Shown here piece after piece: positions 31,082 to 40,392 of a stretch of 64,000 bases of DNA. The notes under the pieces were generated by a model, which made no database searches, had not been told where the DNA came from, and saw only the letters and a program-made list of their open reading frames with translations. Position numbers and translations under genes: made by a program. Position 1 is the stretch's first letter. Each line of letters starts with the position of its first letter. The stretch comes from Candidatus Sulfomarinibacteraceae bacterium (GTDB lineage Bacteria; Acidobacteriota; Thermoanaerobaculia; Thermoanaerobaculales; Sulfomarinibacteraceae), in contig CAWCLO010000001.1 of the NCBI GenBank assembly GCA_963796455.1, positions 544,001 to 608,000 of the forward strand, read 5' to 3'.

Positions 31082-32866
31082 ATGAAATCGAAACTCGCGG
31101 CGACCCTCATCGCCCTTCTTGCTGCCGGCGCCTCTTTCGCCCAGGTGACACCCATTGCTCTGTTGGCCCACGTCGAAACTCTCGGCAGAGGGGCCGACGG
31201 GACGGTGGTCGGAGCCGTGCTCCAGATTGCACCCGAAGACCGGGGACGCGCCGGCGACCGGGTTCGGGTCGTGACAACTCTGCTCCAGGAAGGGAAGATC
31301 ATCGACCGGCAGAGCGGCGTGGTCAGCATTGAAGCCGATGGTTCGGCGATGTTGTACCGAGAATGGGATCCGGGCTCCTACGAGCTGCAAATCGGGATCT
31401 CCGCTCTCAGCGGAACCTCGGGTGGCGTGTGGATCGGCGACATCGTCGTCGAGGAAGCGACTGAGCCCTTCCAGGCCCCCGAAGGGGCGCCCATCGATGC
31501 CATCGCTCTCGATCTCATGCAGCCGAGCGAAGGCGTGGTTCATTTCCTTCCTCCGCCAAACCTCGGTGGACTCGGCGCCGTGCAGTTGGAGGTCGAAGCA
31601 CCTGAGGGAGCCGCATCGGTCGAGTTTTTTTCTGAAGACAACACGCTGGGCCGCCGCAACCGACCCCCCTGGACCGTTTCTATACCGCTCGGCGACATCA
31701 TCCGACGCACCCAGGTACGAGCAGTGGCATATGATGCCGACGGCAACTACCTGGGAGAGGACGCGATCGTCCTCAACAACCCGTCCGGCCAGATCGGCGT
31801 CGAGATCCTTCTCGCCCCCGAGTCCTCGATCAGAAACGGAAAACGAGCGGTCACGGTTGCGGTGAGCGGAGGCAAGAATATTGAACAGGTGCAGCTGAGT
31901 CTCGACGCAGATGTGGTGGCCCGATGGGCGTCCTGTCCCTGCGTCGCCGAGCTCTCGGTGGCCACGTTGCAACAGGCATCAGTGCTCTCTGCCGAAGTTG
32001 AAGACTCCAAAGGAACCCGCGGTGATGCCGTCATCACCCTCGGCGGCGTCGGTGGTTTTGTCGGATCGGTACGGGTCGAACTCGTCGAATTACCGGTTGT
32101 AGTGCTCGACGAACAGGGCGTACCCTTGGTAGGACTGGAAGAATCCGTATTCAGTGTCCGCGAGGACGCATCCGAGGTGGAGGTCGAAGGATTCGGCACC
32201 ACCGAAGATTTGCCGTTGTCGCTGGCAATCGCCGTCGACACCTCGGGCTCGATGATCGAGGATTTTCCCAAGGTTCGGACCGCGGTTCGCGGCTTCACGG
32301 ACCAATTGCTCAAACCCGGCGACCAGGCGGTCCTCATCCGCTTTTCGTGGGACGCCAATGTCCAGGTCTCGTGGACCGACAACATCCAGGCGCTGGTCGG
32401 CACCCTCGACACCGTGCGACCGGACGGTGGCACATCGCTGCATGATGCCGTCGTGCGCTCGCTCGAACAGTTTCGCGGCCGCCGCGGCCGCCAGGCCGTC
32501 GTGCTCCTGACCGACGGAGAAGACACAACATCACGGACCGGTTGGCAGGTGGCCGAGCGATTCGCGCACACGATGCGCATCCCGATCTTTTCGATCGGTC
32601 TCGGTGTCGGCAAGCTCGATTTCGGGAGCCGCCGGGTACTCAAGGCCCTGGCGACAGAAACCGGCGGCGAGGCCTTTTTTCCAAAAACCGTCGATGAGCT
32701 CCCCGCGGTTTATGACCGTATCGCCGAGTTGCTCCGGTCGCAATACCTCCTGTGGTACACCTCACCGTCAGACAAGCCCTATGAGCAGTTCCGGACAGTC
32801 GAAGTAACAGTCGACAAACCTGGAGTCACCGTGAGGACGATTACGGGCTACTACCCGGGTAAATGA
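31082..32866 (+). CDS. secreted VWA domain protein (acidobacterial VWFA type)
   Basis: Signal peptide; VELVELPVVVLD, DTSGSM, GTSLHDAV, LLTDGED, LRSQYLLWY. Confidence 0.9.
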   Translation: MKSKLAATLIALLAAGASFAQVTPIALLAHVETLGRGADGTVVGAVLQIAPEDRGRAGDRVRVVTTLLQEGKIIDRQSGVVSIEADGSAMLYREWDPGSYELQIGISALSGTSGGVWIGDIVVEEATEPFQAPEGAPIDAIALDLMQPSEGVVHFLPPPNLGGLGAVQLEVEAPEGAASVEFFSEDNTLGRRNRPPWTVSIPLGDIIRRTQVRAVAYDADGNYLGEDAIVLNNPSGQIGVEILLAPESSIRNGKRAVTVAVSGGKNIEQVQLSLDADVVARWASCPCVAELSVATLQQASVLSAEVEDSKGTRGDAVITLGGVGGFVGSVRVELVELPVVVLDEQGVPLVGLEESVFSVREDASEVEVEGFGTTEDLPLSLAIAVDTSGSMIEDFPKVRTAVRGFTDQLLKPGDQAVLIRFSWDANVQVSWTDNIQALVGTLDTVRPDGGTSLHDAVVRSLEQFRGRRGRQAVVLLTDGEDTTSRTGWQVAERFAHTMRIPIFSIGLGVGKLDFGSRRVLKALATETGGEAFFPKTVDELPAVYDRIAELLRSQYLLWYTSPSDKPYEQFRTVEVTVDKPGVTVRTITGYYPGK

Positions 32867-32872
32867 AATGAC

Positions 32873-32987
32873 GACGGGCCAGCAGAGCTGGCCCAGTCGG
32901 AATTTCATCCTGAGCGAGGGAGGTACGACCGAGTCGAAGGATCTCTCTTGACGGGCCAGCAGAGCTGGCCCAGTCGGAATTTCATCC
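32873..32987. repeat. two identical 38-bp direct repeats with internal hairpin, 39-bp spacer
   Basis: GACGGGCCAGCAGAGCTGGCCCAGTCGGAATTTCATCC at 32873-32910 and 32950-32987. Confidence 0.9.
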
Positions 32988-33060
32988 CAGGATTTCGCCG
33001 AAACGTGTTGATCAGTCGATCAGGGTGACACGCTTCACGGTCGAAGCGATTGCGATGTTC

Positions 33061-33095
33061 TATCTGCGTCCATCTGCGTGATCTGCGGTTTCTCC
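33061..33095. repeat. solo terminal repeat of the MITE-like unit
   Basis: ATCTGCGTCCATCTGCGTGATCTGCGGTTTCTCC matches the right end of copy A. Confidence 0.8.
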
Positions 33096-33205
33096 TCGCG
33101 TCGGTCGTATACGGCTCAGCCTTCGGGCCTTGGCGAAACCATCACACCTGTCTTGGACCGATTCCGGGGGTGGGAATTCCTAATTCCCAATCCCTGATTC
33201 CTAAT

Positions 33206-36088
33206 TCAGAATCGCACCCCAATCCAGAAGTTCGTCTGGAAGCCGGTCAGCTGCTCTGAGAAGTCCCAGATTTTGACCCAATCCCAGTGCAAGGGGAGTC
33301 CAAAGAGGTTGAGGTCGAGACCAAAACCGTAGGACGACACACCATCCACCAGTCGCCAGTCCTCCATGAAGACATAAGGCGCACCGAACTGGTTGAATTT
33401 GTCACCATTGTCGTTTTCAAACCAGGCGCCACCGACATCGAGGAAGATACGGCCGCGGATCCCGCCCAACCTCAGGAAGGCGAAATCAACCCGATCGATG
33501 AGTGGGAAGCGCCACTCGAGATTGGTGAACCAGGTTCTGTTACCGGAAAGTGCGCGGGTAGGATATCCGCGAAGGGTGTCGAGACCACCAAAGGCGTAAA
33601 TCCACGGCTGGTTGCCGGCGGCCATTCCGACCCAGGCCCGGAAAGCGAACTCGCTACGTTGTGAGGTCGGTACATAGGCGCGGGCATCGATTTCGACGTT
33701 CTGAGTCAGGGTGCCGCCCTGGTCCATATCGTATCCGTAGTAATAACGGGCTTCCCAACGGGCCCCCTTGTGAGGTCCGTAGTTGTTCCAGAAGGTGGTA
33801 TCGCCGCTGGCTCCAACGCCGATATATGGGCTCTGGTTCTGGGTCGTCTGGAATTCGATCTCACCGGTGAAGGGGTTCTGTATCGGTTGATCATAACGTC
33901 GATCGAGATAGCCGCCGCGGGCCGACAATCGGTAATAGGTGCTCAGGGGATACTGAATCGTGAATTCCCCGGCGGTAAAGCGATAGAGCTGCTCCTTTCC
34001 AGTCACCCGGAACGTCAACGGATCGTATCCCGTGATGTAGTACGAGCGGCTGTCATAGATCGACGCTCCCCATTTGAGCCGCGGTTCGAGGTTGAAATAA
34101 CTGACCGCAAAATTCGAAAAGGTGTCGATGCTGTCGAGGAATATCTGGATTCGGCGGTCCCCGTACTGATCGGAGAGCGTGATATAGGCCTGACCCAGGA
34201 TCTGGCTGGCCGTGTCGACGCCGATATATGCCCCGGCGTCCTCGAGGAAGAACTTCCGTCCCTTGAGCTTTTCGCCCTTCTCCGGATCGACAGCGATGCT
34301 CACCGCCGGTACGAACTCAGCGAGCTCGATTGTCTCGGACGGTGGTTCGGAGATACCGACGCTCTCACCTTGGTTGGCGTCGGTGCCGTACAGGCCCCAG
34401 ATGCCGTTCGAATAGGCCTGAAATCCGATCCGCTCACCCTCGGGTGATGTCCCGACCACCGGGTTCATCGCGGCCCCGATCACATATGTCATCCGAGTCA
34501 TCTCGCGGGTGTCGATGTCGAGGCGATAAATGTCGTAGACGCCGCCCTCACGATCCGAGGAGAAATACAGTCGATTCCCGTCGGGAGAGAAGACCGCACC
34601 TTCGTCCTGGCCCGGGCCGAAGGTCAGCTGTTCGCGCTTCGATGGATCTGCCATATTGAGCCCGATCAACTTACCCGCCCCGCCGCGAGCCGAGGTGTAG
34701 ACCATCTGGGTTCCGTCCGGAGAGAATGCCGGGGAAGCGTCGTATTCGGGATCGTTGGTGAAATTCCTGACCTCGCCGGTCTCGAGATCGAGGAAGTAAA
34801 TATCGAATTGGCCGTTAGACACCGCGTGAAAGGCCACATGTCGGCCGTCAGGGGTAAAGGCCGGTTGCGACGGCTGATCGACCGGCATTTCGATCGGAAA
34901 TTTGCGGTAGATTCCACCTTTTCGAACATCAAGCAACAGGAGAGATCTCACCCTCTCGGTCCGGGCAAAGACGGCGACATAGTTGCCATCGGGCGAAAAA
35001 GCGAGGTCGCGTCCCTCCGATGGTGCAGTCGTCAGCCCCTGGGCGACCAGGTACTGATACTTGGTGGTCATTCCTTTGGTGAGGTTTTTGTACAGGGTCC
35101 GGTCCGGAATCCCGAAAATAGCCACATCCACGTCCCGCTTGTAGGTGGTGAATGCGGCGACAAGATCGCCGGATGGAGAAATCGCCGGCGAGGTCTGATT
35201 CGAGTTCACAAAGCCCGGCACGCGGAACTTCTGTCCGAACTCACCCGGCACTCCGCGATCGGCGTAGTCCTTGTACCTCCTTCTCAACCAGGTCCTGAAG
35301 GCGGCGTCGAATTCCTCGGGATTCATGTTGAGGACCTTGTCGAGAGGTTTGCCGACCTGCCCGCCGAAATTGCCGCGGAAAGAAAAGACGAAGTCCCTTA
35401 CGACATCTTCGCCCCATTCCTCTTCGATGAACTCGAAGACCTTGTGGCCGTACCGATACGCGAGGAAACCGTTTGGCGCTCTGTGGATGGAGGGCACCTG
35501 GTCCGACATCGCGGCATCCCGAAGATAGATCTCGTCCCGCGTCGTTTCATCGTCTCCATAATAGGACGCCATGCCCTCCATGAACCACAGTGGCGGCCGC
35601 GCATAGATGGCTCGGCCTCTCCTGCCGCCAAAAAAGATTTCGTACTGAAAAATATGGGTCAGCTCGTGCTGAATAAGCGCCTGGAGCTCGCGATCCGGCA
35701 GGTCGACGGGCAACACCATTCGATTCCGGACCGGTGTTGCAAAAGCACCCACACCCTCAGGGATGAAACCAACGATGATATTCGTCTGTTCGAACTCGGC
35801 ATGGTTCGCATAGATGATCATCGGAACCGGTTTCAGGATCTGGTAGTTCAGCTTCCGGGCGATGTCGTCATAGGCGCTCTCCGCGTAGGATGCCACCTTT
35901 TCCAACATCGGCACAGTCCGGTCGTAATAAGAGATCTTGAAATGCGGCGTGGTGTATATGTACCAGTCGAACTTGTCCCACCGAACTTTGTTCTTGCCAC
36001 CTACATAGGGGTTGTAGGGATTCAACTGGGCCGCCACCGGCAAAGCGGCAAACAGCACGGCCACAAGGATTTTCAACCACAGTCTCAT
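33206..36088 (-). CDS. outer-membrane protein: zincin/peptidase MA-like + TolB/PD40 propeller + Omp85 (BamA/TamA)-like barrel
   Basis: Signal peptide; HELTH and WFMEGMA; repeated P(A/S)FSPDG; GGLDTLRGY, NLEWRFP, C-terminal FWIGVRF. Confidence 0.88.
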   Translation of the reverse strand: MRLWLKILVAVLFAALPVAAQLNPYNPYVGGKNKVRWDKFDWYIYTTPHFKISYYDRTVPMLEKVASYAESAYDDIARKLNYQILKPVPMIIYANHAEFEQTNIIVGFIPEGVGAFATPVRNRMVLPVDLPDRELQALIQHELTHIFQYEIFFGGRRGRAIYARPPLWFMEGMASYYGDDETTRDEIYLRDAAMSDQVPSIHRAPNGFLAYRYGHKVFEFIEEEWGEDVVRDFVFSFRGNFGGQVGKPLDKVLNMNPEEFDAAFRTWLRRRYKDYADRGVPGEFGQKFRVPGFVNSNQTSPAISPSGDLVAAFTTYKRDVDVAIFGIPDRTLYKNLTKGMTTKYQYLVAQGLTTAPSEGRDLAFSPDGNYVAVFARTERVRSLLLLDVRKGGIYRKFPIEMPVDQPSQPAFTPDGRHVAFHAVSNGQFDIYFLDLETGEVRNFTNDPEYDASPAFSPDGTQMVYTSARGGAGKLIGLNMADPSKREQLTFGPGQDEGAVFSPDGNRLYFSSDREGGVYDIYRLDIDTREMTRMTYVIGAAMNPVVGTSPEGERIGFQAYSNGIWGLYGTDANQGESVGISEPPSETIELAEFVPAVSIAVDPEKGEKLKGRKFFLEDAGAYIGVDTASQILGQAYITLSDQYGDRRIQIFLDSIDTFSNFAVSYFNLEPRLKWGASIYDSRSYYITGYDPLTFRVTGKEQLYRFTAGEFTIQYPLSTYYRLSARGGYLDRRYDQPIQNPFTGEIEFQTTQNQSPYIGVGASGDTTFWNNYGPHKGARWEARYYYGYDMDQGGTLTQNVEIDARAYVPTSQRSEFAFRAWVGMAAGNQPWIYAFGGLDTLRGYPTRALSGNRTWFTNLEWRFPLIDRVDFAFLRLGGIRGRIFLDVGGAWFENDNGDKFNQFGAPYVFMEDWRLVDGVSSYGFGLDLNLFGLPLHWDWVKIWDFSEQLTGFQTNFWIGVRF

Positions 36089-36179
36089 ATCTTTCCTCCA
36101 CCTCGTCCCGGTGTTTGTTCCGGAAAACGGGGCCGGCCCAAACGATCCATCGATCCGATCTCCTCAACCATCGATCGTC

Positions 36180-36872
36180 TCAATTGGTATATAGGGATCG
36201 TTTGACCTGCACCGATCGCGGCACGAAGATCCCAATCAGTCGATTCTGCAGGGTATAGAGGTCGGTGAACATATCCGTGTATTCCTCGAGTTTACGTTCG
36301 TTCTCGGGTTTGAAATCGGTGATCTGCTCACGGTGAATCACGTCGCCCGTCGAGCCTTCGACCACAACCAAAAGAATGTCGTAATTGAAGCCCGTTTCTT
36401 CCACCAGAACCTGCCTGAAGTAGGTCTTGCCATCCTGTGGAGACACGTACTCCTCGGTCGTATATCCGGCCCGATCCAGGACCTTGACGTCGATCGAGGC
36501 CGCAACGATGAGGTCGGCATTCGTGCTGTCGTGGATACCGATCCAAAAATCCGATTGTTCGGTCAGGGCACCGAGATGTTCAGTCGGTGCCTGGATATCG
36601 TCGCTCTTTGGCAACAAACGCAGTTCGGCCTCACGGCGCAGCACTTTTCGGAGATAGATCTCGAATTCGCGGGCGGCTGTCAAATCCACCGATTGGATGT
36701 CCTCGCCCTCTCGTGGTTCGATCAGAATCGGCCCGACGTAGATCGACTCGGTGCCATCCACGGGAAGTTCCGGTTTGAGTTTCAAAACCATCCGGACTTC
36801 CCGAGCGCCGGCACCGCAAACCGAGGCGACGACGAGGGCGATAAAAAAGAACTGAAATGCCTTACTGCGCAT
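36180..36872 (-). CDS. exported hypothetical protein
   Basis: Signal-peptide-like N-terminus; overlaps the upstream TPR gene. Confidence 0.7.
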   Translation of the reverse strand: MRSKAFQFFFIALVVASVCGAGAREVRMVLKLKPELPVDGTESIYVGPILIEPREGEDIQSVDLTAAREFEIYLRKVLRREAELRLLPKSDDIQAPTEHLGALTEQSDFWIGIHDSTNADLIVAASIDVKVLDRAGYTTEEYVSPQDGKTYFRQVLVEETGFNYDILLVVVEGSTGDVIHREQITDFKPENERKLEEYTDMFTDLYTLQNRLIGIFVPRSVQVKRSLYTN

Positions 36873-37266
36873 CTTCCACCTCCTCGTCCTCCTTGGCCTC
36901 CTTGATTTCTATTTCTTCCGGAGGGGCGACGTAGGCGGAATAGAACTCCTGAAATCGCGCATAGTTTCGCTGCAGCGACCCGTTACCAGGGGCAAGCGTA
37001 AGCCCGGTCTGATAGGTCAGCAGCGCCTGTTCAAATAACCCGAGAGCCTCTTGCGCGACCGCGATGTTGTTGAGGATCCGTGGTTGATCCGGGGTCAGTT
37101 CGTTGGCGTGCTCAAATCTCATGAGGGCCTCCTGCCAATAGCCGCGCCTGGCGGCTTTGTACCCCCACTCCATATCTGCCTCGGCCTCCTTCGCTGACCC
37201 GTCACCTGCAACCGCCGTGCCAAAAGCCGCTATCGCGAAGAAAATGATGGTTGCAACTTTCAACAT
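36862..37266 (-). CDS. exported tetratricopeptide repeat protein
   Basis: Signal peptide; GYWQEALMRFEHA..PRILNNIAVAQEALGLFEQA..Y. Confidence 0.85.
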   Translation of the reverse strand: MLKVATIIFFAIAAFGTAVAGDGSAKEAEADMEWGYKAARRGYWQEALMRFEHANELTPDQPRILNNIAVAQEALGLFEQALLTYQTGLTLAPGNGSLQRNYARFQEFYSAYVAPPEEIEIKEAKEDEEVEDAQ

Positions 37267-37340
37267 TGATATCTTTCGTCCGCCCACGGGGCACTCCCTC
37301 TCGGTTTCTTGTCCGTGGTCTATTCCACGGCGATGTTGAT

Positions 37341-39962
37341 TCATTTTCCCGCCGGATAGTAACCGGAAATGGTGCGCACCTTGACGCCCTTTCGGTCGAC
37401 TTCGACCTTGATCTTGCGTAACTGATCTGCAGGTTGTTCGGAATTCGAGGTGTAGGCGATCAGATACTGAGTTCTCAGTTCACCATTGATCTCTTCGTAA
37501 ATTGCATCGAGCTCGGATTTCTCCGAGACAAAGAAGGCCTTCCCTCCGGTGGCGCCCGCCAACTTGTTGAATTGATACCTGGTGGTGACATTCGTGACCG
37601 GAATATCGATTCCGATCGTATAGATGGTCACACCCATCCGTTGCGCGTAGCCGAGAGCATCCGAAAACTCGTTTTCGGAAACCGTGTCTTCACCGTCGCT
37701 CAGCAAGACCATCGCCCTTCGCCCGGTAACGCCTGAAAACTGGAACAACCCCATGATGATCGCGTCATAGAGCGCAGTCTCACGATCGGCATACAACGCA
37801 AGCAGCGCATTTTCAATGATCGTCAAATCGGCAGTGAAGCCCGCCAGCATGTCGGGGCGATCAGAAAAGGTCTCGATATACGCACGATCTCGCGGTCTGA
37901 GAAGGTCGCGCAGAAAGCCCATCACCACTCGTTGAACGGTTGGCAGCGTCGCAGTCATCGAACCCGAAGTGTCAATCACGATCCCCATGCGCACCGGGAG
38001 ATCGCGGTGCAGCGAGAAGTGCGAAATCTCCTGTTGAACCTTGTTTTCCAGGATCGTGAAATCGTCCGCCGTCAAATCCGTTACCGGACGACCCTGGCGA
38101 TCGAGCACCGTCACCGGCAATTCGACCGCCGTGACCTCGACCACGGTGCCGAACTGAGGCGAGTTGACAAACTGGATATCCTCCGCCTGCGCATCGTTTT
38201 CCAAGGTGGCGAGGGCACGAAGATAACCAAATTGTTCGGTCGTGTTCAGCACCACCGACATTTCGTACGGAGCATCGTGAATCGTCGCCAGCGGTTCGTC
38301 ATTCCAATAGAACTCGAGCCGGTCGAGTTTTTCATCGGAGGGAATGTTGAGTTCAGCAGCCACCCGGACGCGACCGGCTCCCTGGTCCTCGGCGGGAGTG
38401 ATAGGTTTGAGCTTGACGTAAAACCGCTCCCTGCCGACGTTGACCGTGTAGCCGTCCCGGGCGATCTCCTGCCCGTCTTCGTCGTAACCGATGACTGTGA
38501 CTGCTGTCAGCTTCGGCAGCGGTCCGAGATTGATGTCGATGTCGAAAGGCGGTCGATTCTTGGTCAGAACCAACTCACTATCGAGGAAGAACATCACTTT
38601 CTGAACCTCGGGGCGCGCCAGGGCCTCGAAGCGATGGATCCCGCTGACCGCATCGCCTTCCGGGCCGACCAACTGAAGGGTCGGTCGTTCCTCCTCGACC
38701 TCCGGCTCGTAGGTCAGACCGGAGTCGTTTGCCACCATCATGCCCGCACCGTATTCGGCTTCGAATTCTTCGTAGTCGTCATCGGCCTCGATCGCCGCCA
38801 ACGATCGATCGACTGTGAAATTGAATTCCTCGATGGACCCGTGCTTGGAGTGCACATCCTCCACCTTCAGTCGCAGACGATAGTCTCCCGGCCTCACAAA
38901 ACGATCGAGCAACAGACCGACCCGATCCCCCGCATGCGGCACCGAGAAGAGATAACGAAAACGATCGACCATGATTTCCGCGCCGCTGGTGATTTCTCCA
39001 ACAACATCCAGTTGCACCACCTCGATGTCACCAACAGGGGTCGTGCCAAGCCCCTCCACATCGACATCGATCGCGAATCCGACCTCGACCAGGCCGCCGC
39101 GAGCCGCACGTGCGCTGTTCTCGATCTCAAAAGCCAGCGGCTCGGCGTCATCATCAAGCAACGCCGAAAACTCCATGAATCTGGCCGATGTGGATTCCAT
39201 GCCCATGCGTTCGTCGGTCTGGACGTGGTGCATATAACGAAGGTAATTGGGCTCCCTGCTCCAGATCTCCGCCGCCTTCAACAAGCGCATGGTCACATCG
39301 CCATTCGGACAGCGGTACTGAGGCGTTTCGAGAATATTATCCGGTCGATACTGGCCGATTCCATAGCGGCTTTCCGCGCCGACGCTGTTGTACAACCTCT
39401 GAATGCCATCCATGTCGGTCCACATCCGCCATCGATTGAGCATCATGGGCTCGAAGAAAAGCACCACGACATCTTCACCGATACCTTCGATATACGGCCA
39501 GATCCAGAAATCCATATTAGTGAAAATGGATCTGCAGTTGGGGTCGTGGCGACCGGCCGGCGGCCCATGCAACAGCAGCACCCGCGCCCGGTCCTCCATG
39601 GTGTTTCCGAACTCCGAACGCGCGATTGCAAGGCGGTCTTCATACATGTTGCGGAACGAGCCACCAAATCCCGATTGCCGTCCCCACAAAATCCACAAGC
39701 GCTCCGCAAAGGCCTTGCGTTGCGAATCGGTTTCGAGGGACAGAAAAGCCTGTCGTTGTTCCTTGGTGATGAGCGGGTAGACCTCTTCCTCCAACCAGAC
39801 GTGCCAGTGCAGGGGGAGGTGAGCCAGTTGCTCGGATTGTTCCTGTTTCTTGCTCTTCTTTTTATTCTTGTCGCTTGCGTCGGAAACGCTCCCAAAAATG
39901 AGCATGAGAGTCAGAGCAACTGCGGTGATCCGAATCATCCGTGCTCTTCTCTTCTTTGTCAC
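37341..39962 (-). CDS. secreted GWxTD-like + VWA domain protein
   Basis: GTG start with GGAGG; WLEEEVYPLITKEQRQAFL and EDRARVLLLHGPP (GWxTD-like); DTSGSM, TALYDAI, LLSDGED. Confidence 0.85.
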   Translation of the reverse strand: MTKKRRARMIRITAVALTLMLIFGSVSDASDKNKKKSKKQEQSEQLAHLPLHWHVWLEEEVYPLITKEQRQAFLSLETDSQRKAFAERLWILWGRQSGFGGSFRNMYEDRLAIARSEFGNTMEDRARVLLLHGPPAGRHDPNCRSIFTNMDFWIWPYIEGIGEDVVVLFFEPMMLNRWRMWTDMDGIQRLYNSVGAESRYGIGQYRPDNILETPQYRCPNGDVTMRLLKAAEIWSREPNYLRYMHHVQTDERMGMESTSARFMEFSALLDDDAEPLAFEIENSARAARGGLVEVGFAIDVDVEGLGTTPVGDIEVVQLDVVGEITSGAEIMVDRFRYLFSVPHAGDRVGLLLDRFVRPGDYRLRLKVEDVHSKHGSIEEFNFTVDRSLAAIEADDDYEEFEAEYGAGMMVANDSGLTYEPEVEEERPTLQLVGPEGDAVSGIHRFEALARPEVQKVMFFLDSELVLTKNRPPFDIDINLGPLPKLTAVTVIGYDEDGQEIARDGYTVNVGRERFYVKLKPITPAEDQGAGRVRVAAELNIPSDEKLDRLEFYWNDEPLATIHDAPYEMSVVLNTTEQFGYLRALATLENDAQAEDIQFVNSPQFGTVVEVTAVELPVTVLDRQGRPVTDLTADDFTILENKVQQEISHFSLHRDLPVRMGIVIDTSGSMTATLPTVQRVVMGFLRDLLRPRDRAYIETFSDRPDMLAGFTADLTIIENALLALYADRETALYDAIIMGLFQFSGVTGRRAMVLLSDGEDTVSENEFSDALGYAQRMGVTIYTIGIDIPVTNVTTRYQFNKLAGATGGKAFFVSEKSELDAIYEEINGELRTQYLIAYTSNSEQPADQLRKIKVEVDRKGVKVRTISGYYPAGK

Positions 39963-40264
39963 GACCGCCTCCTGCGGTCGGCAAAATGGACTCGGAGAGA
40001 TCGATTCATTTGACGACATTCCCTGGATCACCTCAATAGGGTAGCGCGGATTGCAGCACCGTCCAGTAGGTGCGCCGCATCTGTTGGTTACGCGACTCGT
40101 GTCCACCTTTCGAAATGCACTTTCCATGCCTCTCCGCATCCCGTTGGTCTCGAATATGCAACATCAAAATGGCCGGTTACCTTTCCACTTCTCTAATAGT
40201 ACGGACACCATAACGCGAAGTTGTCTCGAAATTGTCCCAGAAGTGTCGCGAGTTGTCATGGAAA

Positions 40265-40298
40265 GGGGCTTGGGGCTTGGGGCTGGGGCTTGGGGCTT
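40265..40298. repeat. (GGGGCTT)n heptamer tract
   Basis: Five units, one lacking a base. A related complementary tract lies at 21649-21674. Confidence 0.8.
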
Positions 40299-40392
40299 CA
40301 AAGGACCGCCACCGAGTCGGTGGAGGTCAAGTCCCAGGCATCACCCCTCAAGCCGAAGCGACACGGTACCAGGCGTTGCCTGGCCGTCGCTT

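Noticed and set aside
32873..32987. CRISPR array
   Set aside because: Only two repeats, no cas genes or AT-rich leader, and the spacer looks like a REP-type element.
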